A stretch of 64,000 nt of DNA from an uncultured Acidimicrobiia bacterium (GCA_963836205.1 CAWIIV010000014.1:213342-277341); one strand, 5' to 3'. Numbered from the stretch's first letter, positions 12,527 through 22,677 are shown. Translations and numbers: made by a program. The notes: generated by a model not told the origin, from the letters alone.

Positions 12527-12633
12527 GGCACCATTCTCCACCGTTTTGGACCTGATGCACGACCGGTCCCGGTGGCGCTGGCGAGAGCGCCTCTCAGGCG
12601 AAGGTGAGACCACCATGGAGGTATCGACAGCAG

Positions 12634-12708
12634 GAGGGCCGCGACCTGAGGTCGCGGGCCCCTTCTTGGTGACGACAGAGGGCCGCGACCTGAGGTCGCG
12701 GCCCTCTG
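12634..12708 (-). terminator. duplicated GC-rich hairpin (tandem intrinsic terminators)
   Basis: gagggccgcgacc-tga-ggtcgcggccctc stem present twice, immediately downstream of the 12733-14421 gene. Confidence 0.7.
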
Positions 12709-12732
12709 AGCACTGCTCTGCGGTGCTGTGGG

Positions 12733-14421
12733 TCAGATGCGGCGCTGGATGAGCGTGCGGCGCAGGCGGATCAGCCCGAGCCCACCCAGGGCGAGGAAGC
12801 CACCGATGACCAACGGGGTGGCGTCACCACCGGTGGGTGCCAGGTTGCCACCGGAGATGGTAGGCCCGTTGAGGACGAACCGTCCGGTGATGGCGTTGCC
12901 CTCGATCTGGCCGCTACCGAGCACCAGGTCGTCGCCGGCGGCCCGGCCCCGGCAGTTGCCGAGAGCGGCGCTGACATCGACGATGTCACGGATGACGGCG
13001 TTGCCGGAGGCACTGTTGATGCGGACCGTCATGTTGAGCTGGATCGGTGGATCGCCCAGGGCATAGCTCCCCAGGTTCTCCCAGGTGACACTCCTGCCGT
13101 CGGCCGCGACGACCCCGCCCTTGTCGGCGCCCAGGATGGTGAAGGTGACGGTGCCGCTGGCCACCTCGACCGTGTCGACGGCCCGGATGTTGACCAGGTC
13201 ACAGGCGAACAGGGCGTTGAACAGGCCCGGGTCGCTGGGGATGCTGATGGTGAAGACCACGTCCTGGCCGACTGCGACCGGGTCGGGGTTGGCCACCTTG
13301 CTGACCGGCAGGTTGCACCGGACGCCACCGGCGGGGACGCTGACCGCGCCCTCGAAGTGGCCGAGGCCGACGTCGAGTGCGCTGATGCCGGGCAGGGTGA
13401 GCAGCTGGATGCGCAGCGTGTCGGCCGAGCCGGATGCCGACGTGCCGTCAGCGGCCACGGCGGGAGCGCCGGTGCCGTTGAGGCCCACCGGCGGGGCGCC
13501 GAGGCGCAGCGTGAGCAGCGGCGGGATGGGCAGGTTGACGCCGCCGGCGCCGAGCAGGTCCTGCAGGCTCAGCGAGAGCAGCGAGATGGCGTTGAGGCGC
13601 ACCGTGAGGACCGGGGTGCCGGTGTAGGTGACGCCGTTACGGGGGTCGCCCGCCTTGCCGGTGGCGGTGGTGCGGAACCCGATCGGGCCGGCGATGTCGA
13701 TGGTGATGCCGGTGCCGGCCACGCTGACCGGGGCGACCACGGCCTGCGACTCGGCGACCACGCCGTAGGTGCCGTCGCCGTTGGGCACCATGTAGGTGAC
13801 CGTGCGGGTCTGGGTGACGGAGTTGCCGGTGGAGCTGGTGCCGACGAGGCCGCCGCCTGCGCCCGGAAGCACCTGCAGGTTCTCGACGTAGCCGAGGCCG
13901 AAGGTGAGGGGCCGGCCCACGGGGCAGAACTCCGGGTCGTACGTCGCCTGGGCCTGGCCGCGGGCGGTGGACGCCGTCAGCAGGCCGGGCAGGGAGATGA
14001 GCGTCTGCTTGTCGACCAGGACGCTGGGCGGCGGGGCGTTGGCCTCGGCCACCTGGGTGAGCTTCAGCTGGTTGACGTCGGTGGCCTGCACCGTCGGCGT
14101 GGCCAGACCGAGCTCGACGCCGCTACCGCGGCCGTAGGCGTTCTTGCCGGCCGGCTGGGGCGGCTGGACCGCCTGGCCGAACTGGTTGTTGACCGTGCCG
14201 CCCAGGCCCGTGGAGTTGACCACTCCCCCGGAGTTGGCGACCTGGGTGTTGGCGATCTGCGTCGCCCCCAGCGCCAACGCGTTGAGCGCCACGGCAGTGG
14301 CGTTGCCGTAGGCCGCGAATGGCTGCGTCGAAAGCTGCGCCTCCACCCGAACGGGAGAGGTGACGAGCATCGCACTCGCGACAACCACCCCCATGAGTAC
14401 TCGAGCTACTCGCTTCCCCAC
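12733..14421 (-). CDS. secreted, probably sortase-anchored surface protein (DUF11-like Ig domain, LAPTG signal)
   Basis: RBS AAAGGAG before GTG 14421; signal peptide ending VEA; VSKVANPDPVAVGQDVVFTI; C-terminal LAPTGG + TM + RLRR. Confidence 0.75.
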   Translation of the reverse strand: MGKRVARVLMGVVVASAMLVTSPVRVEAQLSTQPFAAYGNATAVALNALALGATQIANTQVANSGGVVNSTGLGGTVNNQFGQAVQPPQPAGKNAYGRGSGVELGLATPTVQATDVNQLKLTQVAEANAPPPSVLVDKQTLISLPGLLTASTARGQAQATYDPEFCPVGRPLTFGLGYVENLQVLPGAGGGLVGTSSTGNSVTQTRTVTYMVPNGDGTYGVVAESQAVVAPVSVAGTGITIDIAGPIGFRTTATGKAGDPRNGVTYTGTPVLTVRLNAISLLSLSLQDLLGAGGVNLPIPPLLTLRLGAPPVGLNGTGAPAVAADGTSASGSADTLRIQLLTLPGISALDVGLGHFEGAVSVPAGGVRCNLPVSKVANPDPVAVGQDVVFTISIPSDPGLFNALFACDLVNIRAVDTVEVASGTVTFTILGADKGGVVAADGRSVTWENLGSYALGDPPIQLNMTVRINSASGNAVIRDIVDVSAALGNCRGRAAGDDLVLGSGQIEGNAITGRFVLNGPTISGGNLAPTGGDATPLVIGGFLALGGLGLIRLRRTLIQRRI

Positions 14422-14662
14422 GTCCGCTCCTTTGGTCCTTCGCAACCCAGATTCGGTGGTCCCGACCTGGTTCCCCACGACCGAGGGCCCATACCATGCC
14501 CGATGGCGGGCATGCCCGTCTACTCCCCGAGCCGCGGCCCTCTGCCGGCTCGGTTATCTCCCGCCGATGCAAACGTACAAACTTTCCTGGCTGGAAGCTA
14601 CTACCGATGTGCCGGAACCCGTCCATCCGGACCCCACCGGCGGGCCCGCGATACTGGCTCCG

Positions 14663-16195
14663 GTGACTCGCCATGACGTCGTCGTGGTCGGAGCCGGGCA
14701 CAACGGGCTCGTCGCCGCCTGCTACCTGGCCCGGGCCGGACTCGACGTGGTGGTACTGGAGGCCCTCGACCGGCCCGGCGGCGGCTCCCGCAGCGAGGAG
14801 ACGGTGCCCGGGTATCTCTTCGACACCCACTCGGTGGCGCACAACATCGTCAACATGACCACCATCCCGGCCGAGCTCGACCTGGCCGGTGCCGGCCTCG
14901 TCTACCAGGAGATGGACCCTTTCTCGATCGCCGTCCACGCCGACGGCCGCCGGGTGCGCTTCTTCCGCTCGATCGAGGCCACGGTGGACTCCATCGCCGA
15001 GTCGAGCCCGGACGAGGCCCGGGCCTACGCCGCCTTCATGAGGAAGGCGGTGCCCGTCGTGCGGACGGTGCTGCCCGCGATCCGGGGTGAGCTGTCGGCC
15101 CGCGAGCTGCCGGGGCGGCTGGCCAGTGGCGCCCGGGCCCTGGGCCGGCACCCGCTGGGCACCGTCCGCGACGCCGTCGGGCCCTACGACTCGCTGCTGC
15201 GGAAGTGGCTGCCCAGCGACCTCACCCGGGGCCCGGTGGCCGCCTTCGCCGCCCACGCGGCCATGGGCCCCGACGTGGCCGGCGGTGCCGTCTTCGCCTG
15301 GTGGCAGGCCGCCTACCACCTGTTCGGCCAGTGGCACGCCAAGGGCGGGGCCCAGGGCCTCACCGACGCCCTCGTCACCCGGCTGGGCCGCCTCGGCGGC
15401 GAGCTGCGAGTGGGTGTGCGGGTGGCCCGCATCGACGCCCGTGACGGGCAGGTGCAGGCGGTCATCACCACTGGCGGGGAGCGGGTCGAGGCCGGCGCGG
15501 TGGTGACCGCCATCGATCCCCAGGTCGCCATGCTCCGACTGCTCGACCCCCCGCTCGGCGGCCGGGCAGGTACCGACCTGGCCGCGGCCCGGCGGGGAAA
15601 CGTCGTCCAGGCCCTGGTGCACGTCGCCACCGACCGCCTCCCGCCCTATCCCGGCTGCCGTCCGGGGGACTGGAACGGCCTGCAGAGCTTCGTCGACCAC
15701 CTCGACGACCTGTCGTCGGCGTGGGCGGCCTCGGAGGCCGGCGAGCTGCCGTCCGTCCTCCCCCTCTACGCCTTCACCACCTCGGCCGTCGACACCACCC
15801 TCGCCCCCGAAGGCCACCACACCGTCTACCTGGCCTGCCCCGCCGCCCCCGCCCGGGTACGCGGCGGCTGGCCCGCCCGCGGGGAGGAGTTCGTCGAGCG
15901 GGCCCTCGACGTGATGGAGGAGCGGGCGCCGGGCTTCCGGTCGAGCATCCAGGGGGTGGCGGTGCGCACGCCCGACGTCATGGAAGGCGACGAGGGCTGG
16001 GTGGGCGCCCATCCGATGCATCTCGACCTCGCCTTCGACCAGCTCGGCCCGTTCCGCCCGACGCGCCGGCTGAGCGACCACCGCACGCCCGTCGCCGGCC
16101 TCTACGTCTCCGGGGCCGGGACGAGCCCCACAGGTGGCATCGCCGGGACCCCGGGACGGGCGGCGGCGCGGGCTCTGCTTGCCGACCGGTCGTAA
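14663..16195 (+). CDS. phytoene dehydrogenase-like FAD-dependent oxidoreductase
   Basis: DVVVVGAGHNGLVAACYLA Rossmann motif; C-terminal TPVAGLYVSGAGTSPTGGIAG. Confidence 0.88.
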   Translation: MTRHDVVVVGAGHNGLVAACYLARAGLDVVVLEALDRPGGGSRSEETVPGYLFDTHSVAHNIVNMTTIPAELDLAGAGLVYQEMDPFSIAVHADGRRVRFFRSIEATVDSIAESSPDEARAYAAFMRKAVPVVRTVLPAIRGELSARELPGRLASGARALGRHPLGTVRDAVGPYDSLLRKWLPSDLTRGPVAAFAAHAAMGPDVAGGAVFAWWQAAYHLFGQWHAKGGAQGLTDALVTRLGRLGGELRVGVRVARIDARDGQVQAVITTGGERVEAGAVVTAIDPQVAMLRLLDPPLGGRAGTDLAAARRGNVVQALVHVATDRLPPYPGCRPGDWNGLQSFVDHLDDLSSAWAASEAGELPSVLPLYAFTTSAVDTTLAPEGHHTVYLACPAAPARVRGGWPARGEEFVERALDVMEERAPGFRSSIQGVAVRTPDVMEGDEGWVGAHPMHLDLAFDQLGPFRPTRRLSDHRTPVAGLYVSGAGTSPTGGIAGTPGRAAARALLADRS

Positions 16196-16205
16196 GTTCT
16201 GCCGT

Positions 16206-17786
16206 ATGCCTGATGCACCTATGCCTGATCAAATCGAGTTCACGGGGCGAATCGTTACGGCCTACGCCAGCAAGGGTCCGGCGGTGGAGCTGGGCAAGGC
16301 CATGCTCGGGGGGACGGTGCTGCCGGAGGCGGTGGTCCAGGTGCCGGCGGCCATGTGCAACCGCCACGGGCTGATCGCGGGCGCCACCGGCACGGGCAAG
16401 ACCAAGACCCTCCAGCTCATGGCCGAGCAGCTGTCGGCGATGGGGGTCCCGGTGTTCGCGGCCGACGTCAAGGGCGACCTGAGCGGCCTGAGCCGGCCGG
16501 GCGAGGTGAGCGACCGGGTCACGTCCCGGGTCGAGGAGATGGAGCTGGAGTGGAGCCCGGCCGGGTTCCCGGTGACCTTTCTTTCCCTGGGCGGCCACGG
16601 CCCGGGCGTGCCGGTGCGGGCGGCGGTGTCGGCGTTCGGGCCCCAGCTGCTGGCCAAGGTCATGGACGCCAACGAGACGCAGTCGTCGTCGTTGACCTTG
16701 GTCTTCCGCTACGCCGACGACAGCGGGCTGGCCCTGCTCGACCTGGCCGACCTCCGGGAGGTCCTGAAGTACCTGGTGAGCGACGACGGGAAAGCGGAGC
16801 TGGAGGGCATCGGCGGCCTGTCGTCGGCCACCGCAGGCGTGCTCCTGCGCAAGATCGTGGAGCTGGAGGAGCAGGGCGCGGAGGCGTTCTTCGGCGAACC
16901 GGAGATGGAGGTGTCCGATCTCATCCGCTGCACCCCCGAGGGCGCCGGCGTGGTGTCGTGCCTGGAGCTGGCCGCGGTGCAGGACAAGCCCAAGCTGTTC
17001 TCCACCTTCCTCATGTGGATGCTGGCCGAGCTGTTCCACGACCTGCCCGAGGTCGGCGACCTCGACAAGCCCAAGCTCGTCTTCTTCTTCGACGAGGCCC
17101 ACCTCCTGTTCGACGACGCGTCGGAGGCGTTCCTCGACCAGGTGGCCCAGACCGTCCGCCTCATCCGGTCGAAGGGGGTCGGCGTGTTCTTCGTGACCCA
17201 ACTCCCCGACGACGTCCCCGAGGAGGTGCTGGCCCAGCTCGGCAACCGGGTGCAGCACGCCTTGCGGGCATTCACCCCCCGTGACGCCAAGGCCCTGAAG
17301 GCGGCGGTGACGACCTATCCCAAGACGTCCGACTACGACCTGGAGGAGGACCTCACCCAGCTCGGTACGGGCGAGGCGATGGTGACGATCCTGTCCGAGC
17401 GGGGGGCGCCGACGCCCGTGGTGTGGACCCGGATGCGGCCGCCCACGTCGCTCATGGCCGCCATCGGCGAGGAGGCGGTCGACCAGGCGGCCAAGGACAG
17501 CTCGCTGTGGTCGAAGTACGCCACCGAGATCGACCGGGAGTCGGCCCGGGAGAAGCTGGGCGCCCGCCTGACCGAGGCCGCTGCGGTCGAAAAGGCCGAG
17601 GCCGGGGCGGAAGCCGAGGTGGGCGAGAAGGCCCCGTCCCCCGCCCCGAAGCCCAAGGCCAAGGCGCCGGCCAAGAAGAAGAAGGACGACAACGCGGTGG
17701 TCGGCTACCTGAAGTCGCGGGAGGGGCGTTCGATGATCAACACCGTCGCCCGGGGGGTGTTCGGGCTGCTCCGCAAGCGGCGCTGA
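16206..17786 (+). CDS. HerA-like ATPase (YjgR/DUF853)
   Basis: NRHGLIAGATGTGKTKTLQ, DVKGDLSG, KPKLVFFFDEAHLLF, RLIRSKGVG, QLGNRVQHALRAF. Confidence 0.92.
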   Translation: MPDAPMPDQIEFTGRIVTAYASKGPAVELGKAMLGGTVLPEAVVQVPAAMCNRHGLIAGATGTGKTKTLQLMAEQLSAMGVPVFAADVKGDLSGLSRPGEVSDRVTSRVEEMELEWSPAGFPVTFLSLGGHGPGVPVRAAVSAFGPQLLAKVMDANETQSSSLTLVFRYADDSGLALLDLADLREVLKYLVSDDGKAELEGIGGLSSATAGVLLRKIVELEEQGAEAFFGEPEMEVSDLIRCTPEGAGVVSCLELAAVQDKPKLFSTFLMWMLAELFHDLPEVGDLDKPKLVFFFDEAHLLFDDASEAFLDQVAQTVRLIRSKGVGVFFVTQLPDDVPEEVLAQLGNRVQHALRAFTPRDAKALKAAVTTYPKTSDYDLEEDLTQLGTGEAMVTILSERGAPTPVVWTRMRPPTSLMAAIGEEAVDQAAKDSSLWSKYATEIDRESAREKLGARLTEAAAVEKAEAGAEAEVGEKAPSPAPKPKAKAPAKKKKDDNAVVGYLKSREGRSMINTVARGVFGLLRKRR

Positions 17787-17877
17787 CGGGACGGTCCGGG
17801 ACGGGGCCGGGGACGCTGGGTATGCTGCCCCGGGGCGTGGCCGGGGGGCGGCAGCCAGACTCACAACAGGAGGCTCA

Positions 17878-18192
17878 ATGCCGGGCAAGTTCGTGATCAA
17901 GAAGGGCTCCACCGGAAAGTTCCGCTTCAACCTGGTGTCCACCAACGGCCAGGTGGTGGCGACGAGTGAGGCCTACGAGACGAAGGCCTCCGCCCAGGCC
18001 GGTATCCGATCAGTGAAGAAGCTGGCCGCCGACGCCGTCATCGAGGACACCACCACCGCCGAGTGGGCCACCGCCGACGCCGCCCGCAAGGAAGCGGAGA
18101 AGGCCAAGAAGGCCAAGAAGGCCGCCGCCGCCAAGAAGGCCGCGGCCAAGGCCAAGGCCGCCGCCAAGGCCGCCGCCACCGAAGGCGGCTGA
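17878..18192 (+). CDS. YegP/DUF1508 family protein with Ala/Lys-rich tail
   Basis: GKFRFNLVSTNGQVVATSEAYETKASAQAGIRSVK; RBS AGGAGG upstream. Confidence 0.85.
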   Translation: MPGKFVIKKGSTGKFRFNLVSTNGQVVATSEAYETKASAQAGIRSVKKLAADAVIEDTTTAEWATADAARKEAEKAKKAKKAAAAKKAAAKAKAAAKAAATEGG

Positions 18193-18220
18193 CCTGCCCA
18201 AAGCCGTCCGGCCCGTCCCG

Positions 18221-18335
18221 CCCAACTGGTGACACAAAAGGGGCCTGGGACGACCGAAAACGTCACCGGTTGGGAGGGTGGACCGAACCGGTGACACAAA
18301 AGGGGCCTGGGACGACCGAGAACGTCACCGGTTGG
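18221..18335. repeat. second tandem pair of 62-bp REP-like palindromic units (opposite orientation to 7842)
   Basis: aac(t/c)ggtgacacaaaaggggcctgggacgaccga(a/g)aacgtcaccggtt at 18224 and 18286; the reverse complement matches the 7.9-kb units. Confidence 0.85.
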
Positions 18336-18337
18336 GG

Positions 18338-19720
18338 TTACTCGTACGTCCAGTCGGGGCGTTTGCGGGGTTGGCGGGCGTCGTAGCGGACGACGCCGTC
18401 GGCGAGGTCGGTGATGAGGGGGACGACGAGGTCCGACCGAGGGCGCGGGCAGTCACCCTCCAGGTGGGCGGCGAACTCCTCGGGGAAGGCCCGCAGGATG
18501 CTCCGGATGACGATCTGCTCCTCCGTCCCCAGGTAGCAACGGTTGGCATCGGTGACCTCGTTGAGGCGGGCGCCGATGACGGCGATGTCCTGCTCGGTTC
18601 CCCGGCAGGCCTCGATCTCGTTCAGCCGGAAGGTGATCTCCTCGCTGCCGAGCTTGCACGCCGGGCACTGCCCGCACGACTCCACGTACAGGAACCGGGA
18701 GAACTGGAAGGCCACCTCCACCATGCACGCGCTCTCGTCGTAGACGGCGTAGCCGGCGGCGCCCATCCCGCTGCCGATGGCGGCCATGGCCTCGTAGGAC
18801 ACCGGCGTGTCGAGGCGGTCGGCGGTGACCACCGCGTTGGCCACGCCCGAGAACACCGCCTTGATGGGAACCGCCGGGTCGCGGGGCCCGCCGCCGACCA
18901 TCTCGATCACCTCCGACAGCGGCGTTCCCAGGTCGACCTCGGCGTAGCCGGGACGGGCCACGTCGCCCACCACCGTCATCACGTGGTGACCGGGCGAGGC
19001 CTGGGTACCCATGGTGCGGAACCACTCCGCCCCCCGGGCCAGGATGTGGGGGACGTTGGCCAGCGTCTCCACGTTGTTGGCCAGCGTGGGGTTCGACAGG
19101 TGGGCATCGGCGTGGCCGGGCTGGGGCGTGGCTGCCTCCCAACCCATCTGGGGGGCGGTGGCGAACAGGCCGTGCTCGTACGGGGGAAGGATGCGGGGCA
19201 TCGGCGGGCGGCCCTCGATCACCTCCAGCATCGCCTTCTCCTCGCCGAACAGGTACTCCTCGGGACCCTCGACGATGGTGATGGCCACGTCGCCCGCCAG
19301 CCCCTCGGCCTGCATCTCGGCGAGGGCCCGGGCCAGGCGCTCGATCTCGGTGGTGAACTTGGCCTTGATCCCGACGAAGGCCTCGCGGGCGTCGACGGTG
19401 AGGGCGGCGATGGCGATGCCTTCGACCACCTGGTACGGGTTGCGGCGGAGGATGGCCCGGTCCTTGAACGTGGCCGGCTCGCCCTCGGCCGCGTTGCACA
19501 CCACGTACCGGTGGGTGCCCTCCTGGTTGCGGATCCCGGCCCACTTGCGTCCGGTGGGGAAGCCGCCGCCGCCCCGTCCCCGCAGCCCCGACAGGCTGAT
19601 CTCGTCGATCGTGAACTCGGCGCCCAGCTTGCGGGCCGCGTCGAGCCCTTTCCCCCCGCCCAGGGCCCGCCATTGCTCCACCGAGGTCACCGGCTCGTCG
19701 GGGAGGAGGTAGGGGGCCAT
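18338..19720 (-). CDS. NuoF/HoxF-like NADH-binding flavo-iron-sulfur protein (standalone)
   Basis: SGLRGRGGGGFPTGRKW, NAAEGEPATFKDR, YLFGEE, ESCGQCPAC...C 4Fe-4S motif. Confidence 0.87.
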   Translation of the reverse strand: MAPYLLPDEPVTSVEQWRALGGGKGLDAARKLGAEFTIDEISLSGLRGRGGGGFPTGRKWAGIRNQEGTHRYVVCNAAEGEPATFKDRAILRRNPYQVVEGIAIAALTVDAREAFVGIKAKFTTEIERLARALAEMQAEGLAGDVAITIVEGPEEYLFGEEKAMLEVIEGRPPMPRILPPYEHGLFATAPQMGWEAATPQPGHADAHLSNPTLANNVETLANVPHILARGAEWFRTMGTQASPGHHVMTVVGDVARPGYAEVDLGTPLSEVIEMVGGGPRDPAVPIKAVFSGVANAVVTADRLDTPVSYEAMAAIGSGMGAAGYAVYDESACMVEVAFQFSRFLYVESCGQCPACKLGSEEITFRLNEIEACRGTEQDIAVIGARLNEVTDANRCYLGTEEQIVIRSILRAFPEEFAAHLEGDCPRPRSDLVVPLITDLADGVVRYDARQPRKRPDWTYE

Positions 19721-19744
19721 CGCGGCAACCTACCTTTGACTTCC

Positions 19745-20164
19745 ATGACACGGACACTCGGCACCGGCCTGGTACTCGCCCTGGTGGTGGCGACCGGCTG
19801 CGGCGGGGGCGGGGGTGGCGACGACGGCCTGTCGGACTCGGCCGAGTCCCGCCGGCGGATGCCGTCGTGCGGCTCCTACCAGGTCGGCGGGGAGCCGGTG
19901 GCCGCCGCCGACCAGGCCGTTCGGGACTGCTTCCTCGCCGCCTTCCGGGACGGCACCGAGAAGGAGGTCACCGTCACCGCCTTCTCCATCGAAGGCCAGC
20001 CCATCACCACCATCTACCGGGTGCTGGGGCCGGACGACGTGGAGCTGTTCGTCGACGCCTCCGCCGACACCTTCGCCGGGGTCAAGACCTACCACCAACG
20101 GTGCACGTCGGTGGCGGAGGACGGCAACGGCCTGGCCGCCGGCGGCTGCGTGACCCTCGGCTGA
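19745..20164 (+). CDS. putative lipoprotein (DUF4362-like)
   Basis: Lipobox VATGC; CFLAAF...SIEGQPITTIY...VDASADTF pattern with paired cysteines. Confidence 0.65.
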   Translation: MTRTLGTGLVLALVVATGCGGGGGGDDGLSDSAESRRRMPSCGSYQVGGEPVAAADQAVRDCFLAAFRDGTEKEVTVTAFSIEGQPITTIYRVLGPDDVELFVDASADTFAGVKTYHQRCTSVAEDGNGLAAGGCVTLG

Positions 20165-20167
20165 AGG

Positions 20168-20695
20168 CTAACTGGCCAGGTCCTCCACGTAGGCCAGGGC
20201 CTGGGCCACCACCGCCTCCAGGTCGGTGGTCATGTCGACCGTGAGGTAGGCCCCCGGCGGTTCCTCCATCTCCGCCGCCACCCGGCGCACGAGGTCGCCG
20301 TCGCGGTTCCCGGCCAGGTGGCGGCCGGCGGCGGCATCGGCCTCGCAGCGCTCGATGGCCACGCTCACGGGGACGTCGCACACGACCACCGCCGAGAACC
20401 CGCCCGCCTCGGCCGCCACCGCCTCGGCCGCGTCCACCTCCGTCCGCCGGGAGAACGTGAGCCCGTCGAAGATCACCAGCCGGCCCCGGCCCAGGTGGTA
20501 GCTGGCGGCGTCGAGCATGGCCGAGAAGGTCACGTCCCGCTCGGCCGAGGAGTAGTCGCACGGGGCGAAGAGGGCGTGGCGGACCTGGTCCTTGTCGATG
20601 ACCCGGGCCCCCGGCAGCCGCTCGGCGAGGGCCGCGGCGAGGACGCTCTTGCCCGCGCCGGGCAGGCCGCCAAGCACCACCACTCCCGGACGCAC
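20168..20695 (-). CDS. P-loop kinase / AAA_33-like protein
   Basis: GLPGAGKS Walker A, IDKDQVR, VIFDG. Confidence 0.8.
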   Translation of the reverse strand: MRPGVVVLGGLPGAGKSVLAAALAERLPGARVIDKDQVRHALFAPCDYSSAERDVTFSAMLDAASYHLGRGRLVIFDGLTFSRRTEVDAAEAVAAEAGGFSAVVVCDVPVSVAIERCEADAAAGRHLAGNRDGDLVRRVAAEMEEPPGAYLTVDMTTDLEAVVAQALAYVEDLAS

Positions 20696-20741
20696 GCGGT
20701 CAAGGGTACGCGTCGCCGGGTCGGGCGGATAGCGTTGGCCC

Positions 20742-21542
20742 GTGCCGTTCGTGGACGTCGAAGGGGTCCAGCTCCACTACGTCGACGTGGGCGTGGGCGA
20801 CCCGCCGGTGGTCCTCCTCCACGCCTTCCCCCTCCACTCCGACATGTGGGCGCCCCAGGTGGCGTGCCTGGCCGCCAACCGCCGGGTGATCGTCCCCGAC
20901 CTCAAGGGGTTCGGGAAGTCCTCCGCCCCCGACGACGCCGAGTCGTATTCCATGGCCGACTACGTGCGCCAGGTCCTCGGCCTGGTCCAGATTCTGCGCC
21001 TCGACCGCATCGTGTTGGGCGGGTTGTCGATGGGCGGCTACGTCGCCTTCTCGCTGATCCCCCGCAACCTCGACCTCCTGGCCGGGCTGGTGCTGGCCGA
21101 CACCCGGGCCGGGCGGGACACGCCCGAGGTCGTCCAGCGCCGCACCGACCAGCAGGACCAGGTGCGGCGGGAGGGCACCGAGGCCCTGGTGGAGACCCTG
21201 CTCGGCGGGCTCCTGGCCCCCGACACGATGGAGAACCGGCCCCAACTGGTGGAGCAGGTCCGCCGCATCATGGCGTCGAACCCCCCGGCCGGCTTCGTCG
21301 GCGGCCTGGAGGCGATGAAGGGGCGGCCCGACTCGCTGCCTACCCTGGTCGGCATCAAGGTGCCGACGCTGGTCCTCGTGGGCGCCCACGACGCCCCGTC
21401 GCCCCCCGACGTGGTGCGGGTGTGGCAGGAGCGGATCCCGGGGTCGGAGCTGGTGGTGATCCCGGGAGCGGGACACCTGAGCAACATGGAGGACCCCGAC
21501 ACCTTCAACGCCGCCCTCGTCGACTTCCTCGACCGCCTGTGA
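20742..21542 (+). CDS. alpha/beta hydrolase
   Basis: LLHAFP, PDLKGFG, GLSMGG nucleophile elbow, GAHD, AGHLSN. Confidence 0.92.
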   Translation: MPFVDVEGVQLHYVDVGVGDPPVVLLHAFPLHSDMWAPQVACLAANRRVIVPDLKGFGKSSAPDDAESYSMADYVRQVLGLVQILRLDRIVLGGLSMGGYVAFSLIPRNLDLLAGLVLADTRAGRDTPEVVQRRTDQQDQVRREGTEALVETLLGGLLAPDTMENRPQLVEQVRRIMASNPPAGFVGGLEAMKGRPDSLPTLVGIKVPTLVLVGAHDAPSPPDVVRVWQERIPGSELVVIPGAGHLSNMEDPDTFNAALVDFLDRL

Positions 21543-21578
21543 GCTCGGCGCCTGTGACCTCGGCCCCTGTGACCGCGG
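21534..21578. repeat. 15-bp tandem repeat x3 spanning the hydrolase stop codon
   Basis: cgcctgtgagctcgg / cgcctgtgacctcgg / cccctgtgaccgcgg. Confidence 0.7.
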
Positions 21579-21593
21579 GCGGCTGAACCGACC

Positions 21594-22645
21594 GTGAGAG
21601 CCCGGGCCCTGGCCCTGTGCCTCCTGGTCACCGTCGTCCCCGCGTGCTCGTCGTCGTCCGACGACGGCGACGCCGACTCTCCCTCTCCCTCGACCACCGC
21701 CCCGGCGGCGGCGGCCACGACACCTCGCCGTCGACGGCGGCAGTCGCCGATCCGGTGGTCACCGCCTACGCGGTGCCGGACGGCTCCCGCCCGCACGACG
21801 TGGCCCCCGCGCCCGACGGCGACGTCTGGTACACCGCCCAGGGCTCGGGCGAGCTGGGCCGGCTCGTCCCGGCCACAGGCGAGACGACCCACGTCGACCT
21901 GGGCTCGGGCTCGTCGCCCCACGGCGTGATCGTCGGCCCCGACGGGGCCCCGTGGATCACCGACAGCGGGCTCAACGCCATCGTCCGGGTCGACCCCGCC
22001 ACCTCCGCCGTCCGCCGCTTCCCCCTGCCCGCAGGGACACCCAACGTCAACCTCAACACCGCCGTCTTTGCCCCCGACGGCATCCTGTGGTTCACCGGCC
22101 AGGCCGGCTTCCACGGGCGCCTCGACCCGACCGCGGCCACGGTCGAGGTCTTCCCCTCGCCCCGGGGCCGGGGCCCGTACGGGATCACGGTCACGCCCGG
22201 GGGCGACGTCTGGTACGCCTCCCTCGCCGGCAGCCACATCGCCCGGGTCGACCGAATGACCGGTGCCGCCACCCCCGTCGACCCGCCGACCGACGGTCAG
22301 GGTGCCCGCCGGGTGTGGTCGGACTCCGCCGGCCGGATCTGGGTCAGCGAGTGGAACGCAGGCCAGGTGGCGCGCCACGACCCTGCCGACGGCTCGTGGA
22401 AGGAATGGAAGCTGCCCGGGGACGGGCCCCAGGCCTACGCCGTCTACGTCGACGACGAGGACGCCGTCTGGCTCAGCGATTTCGGGGCGAACACCCTCGT
22501 CCGCTTCGACCCGGCAACGGAGACGTTCCGGTCGTTCGACCTGCCCGCGGTGCCGTCCGACGTCCGCCAGATCCTCGGGCGCCCGGGCGAGGTGTGGGGA
22601 GCGCAGTCGGCGGCCGACAGCCTGGTCGTCGTCCGCGGCACCTGA
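21594..22645 (+). CDS. Vgb (virginiamycin B lyase)-family beta-propeller lipoprotein (frameshift ~21721)
   Basis: Lipoprotein signal (VPAC) in one frame; repeated PHDV/PHGV/PYGI...PDG.VW propeller blades in the next frame. Confidence 0.82.
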
Positions 22646-22677
22646 GCCCGACCCACCCGACTCTGGACACGCGTAGC

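Noticed and set aside
9125-12607. Long antisense ORFs (e.g. 1160 aa here, 2109-4637, 60782-62968)
   Set aside because: Shadow ORFs typical of high-GC DNA opposite well-supported genes; no recognisable motifs.
14421-14660. c-di-AMP (ydaO) riboswitch upstream of the surface protein
   Set aside because: Only a GGGGAACC...GAATC fragment resembles it; the other conserved blocks are not seen.
21594-22645. Streptogramin resistance gene
   Set aside because: Vgb-like propellers with lipoprotein signals are widespread; resistance cannot be inferred from motifs alone.
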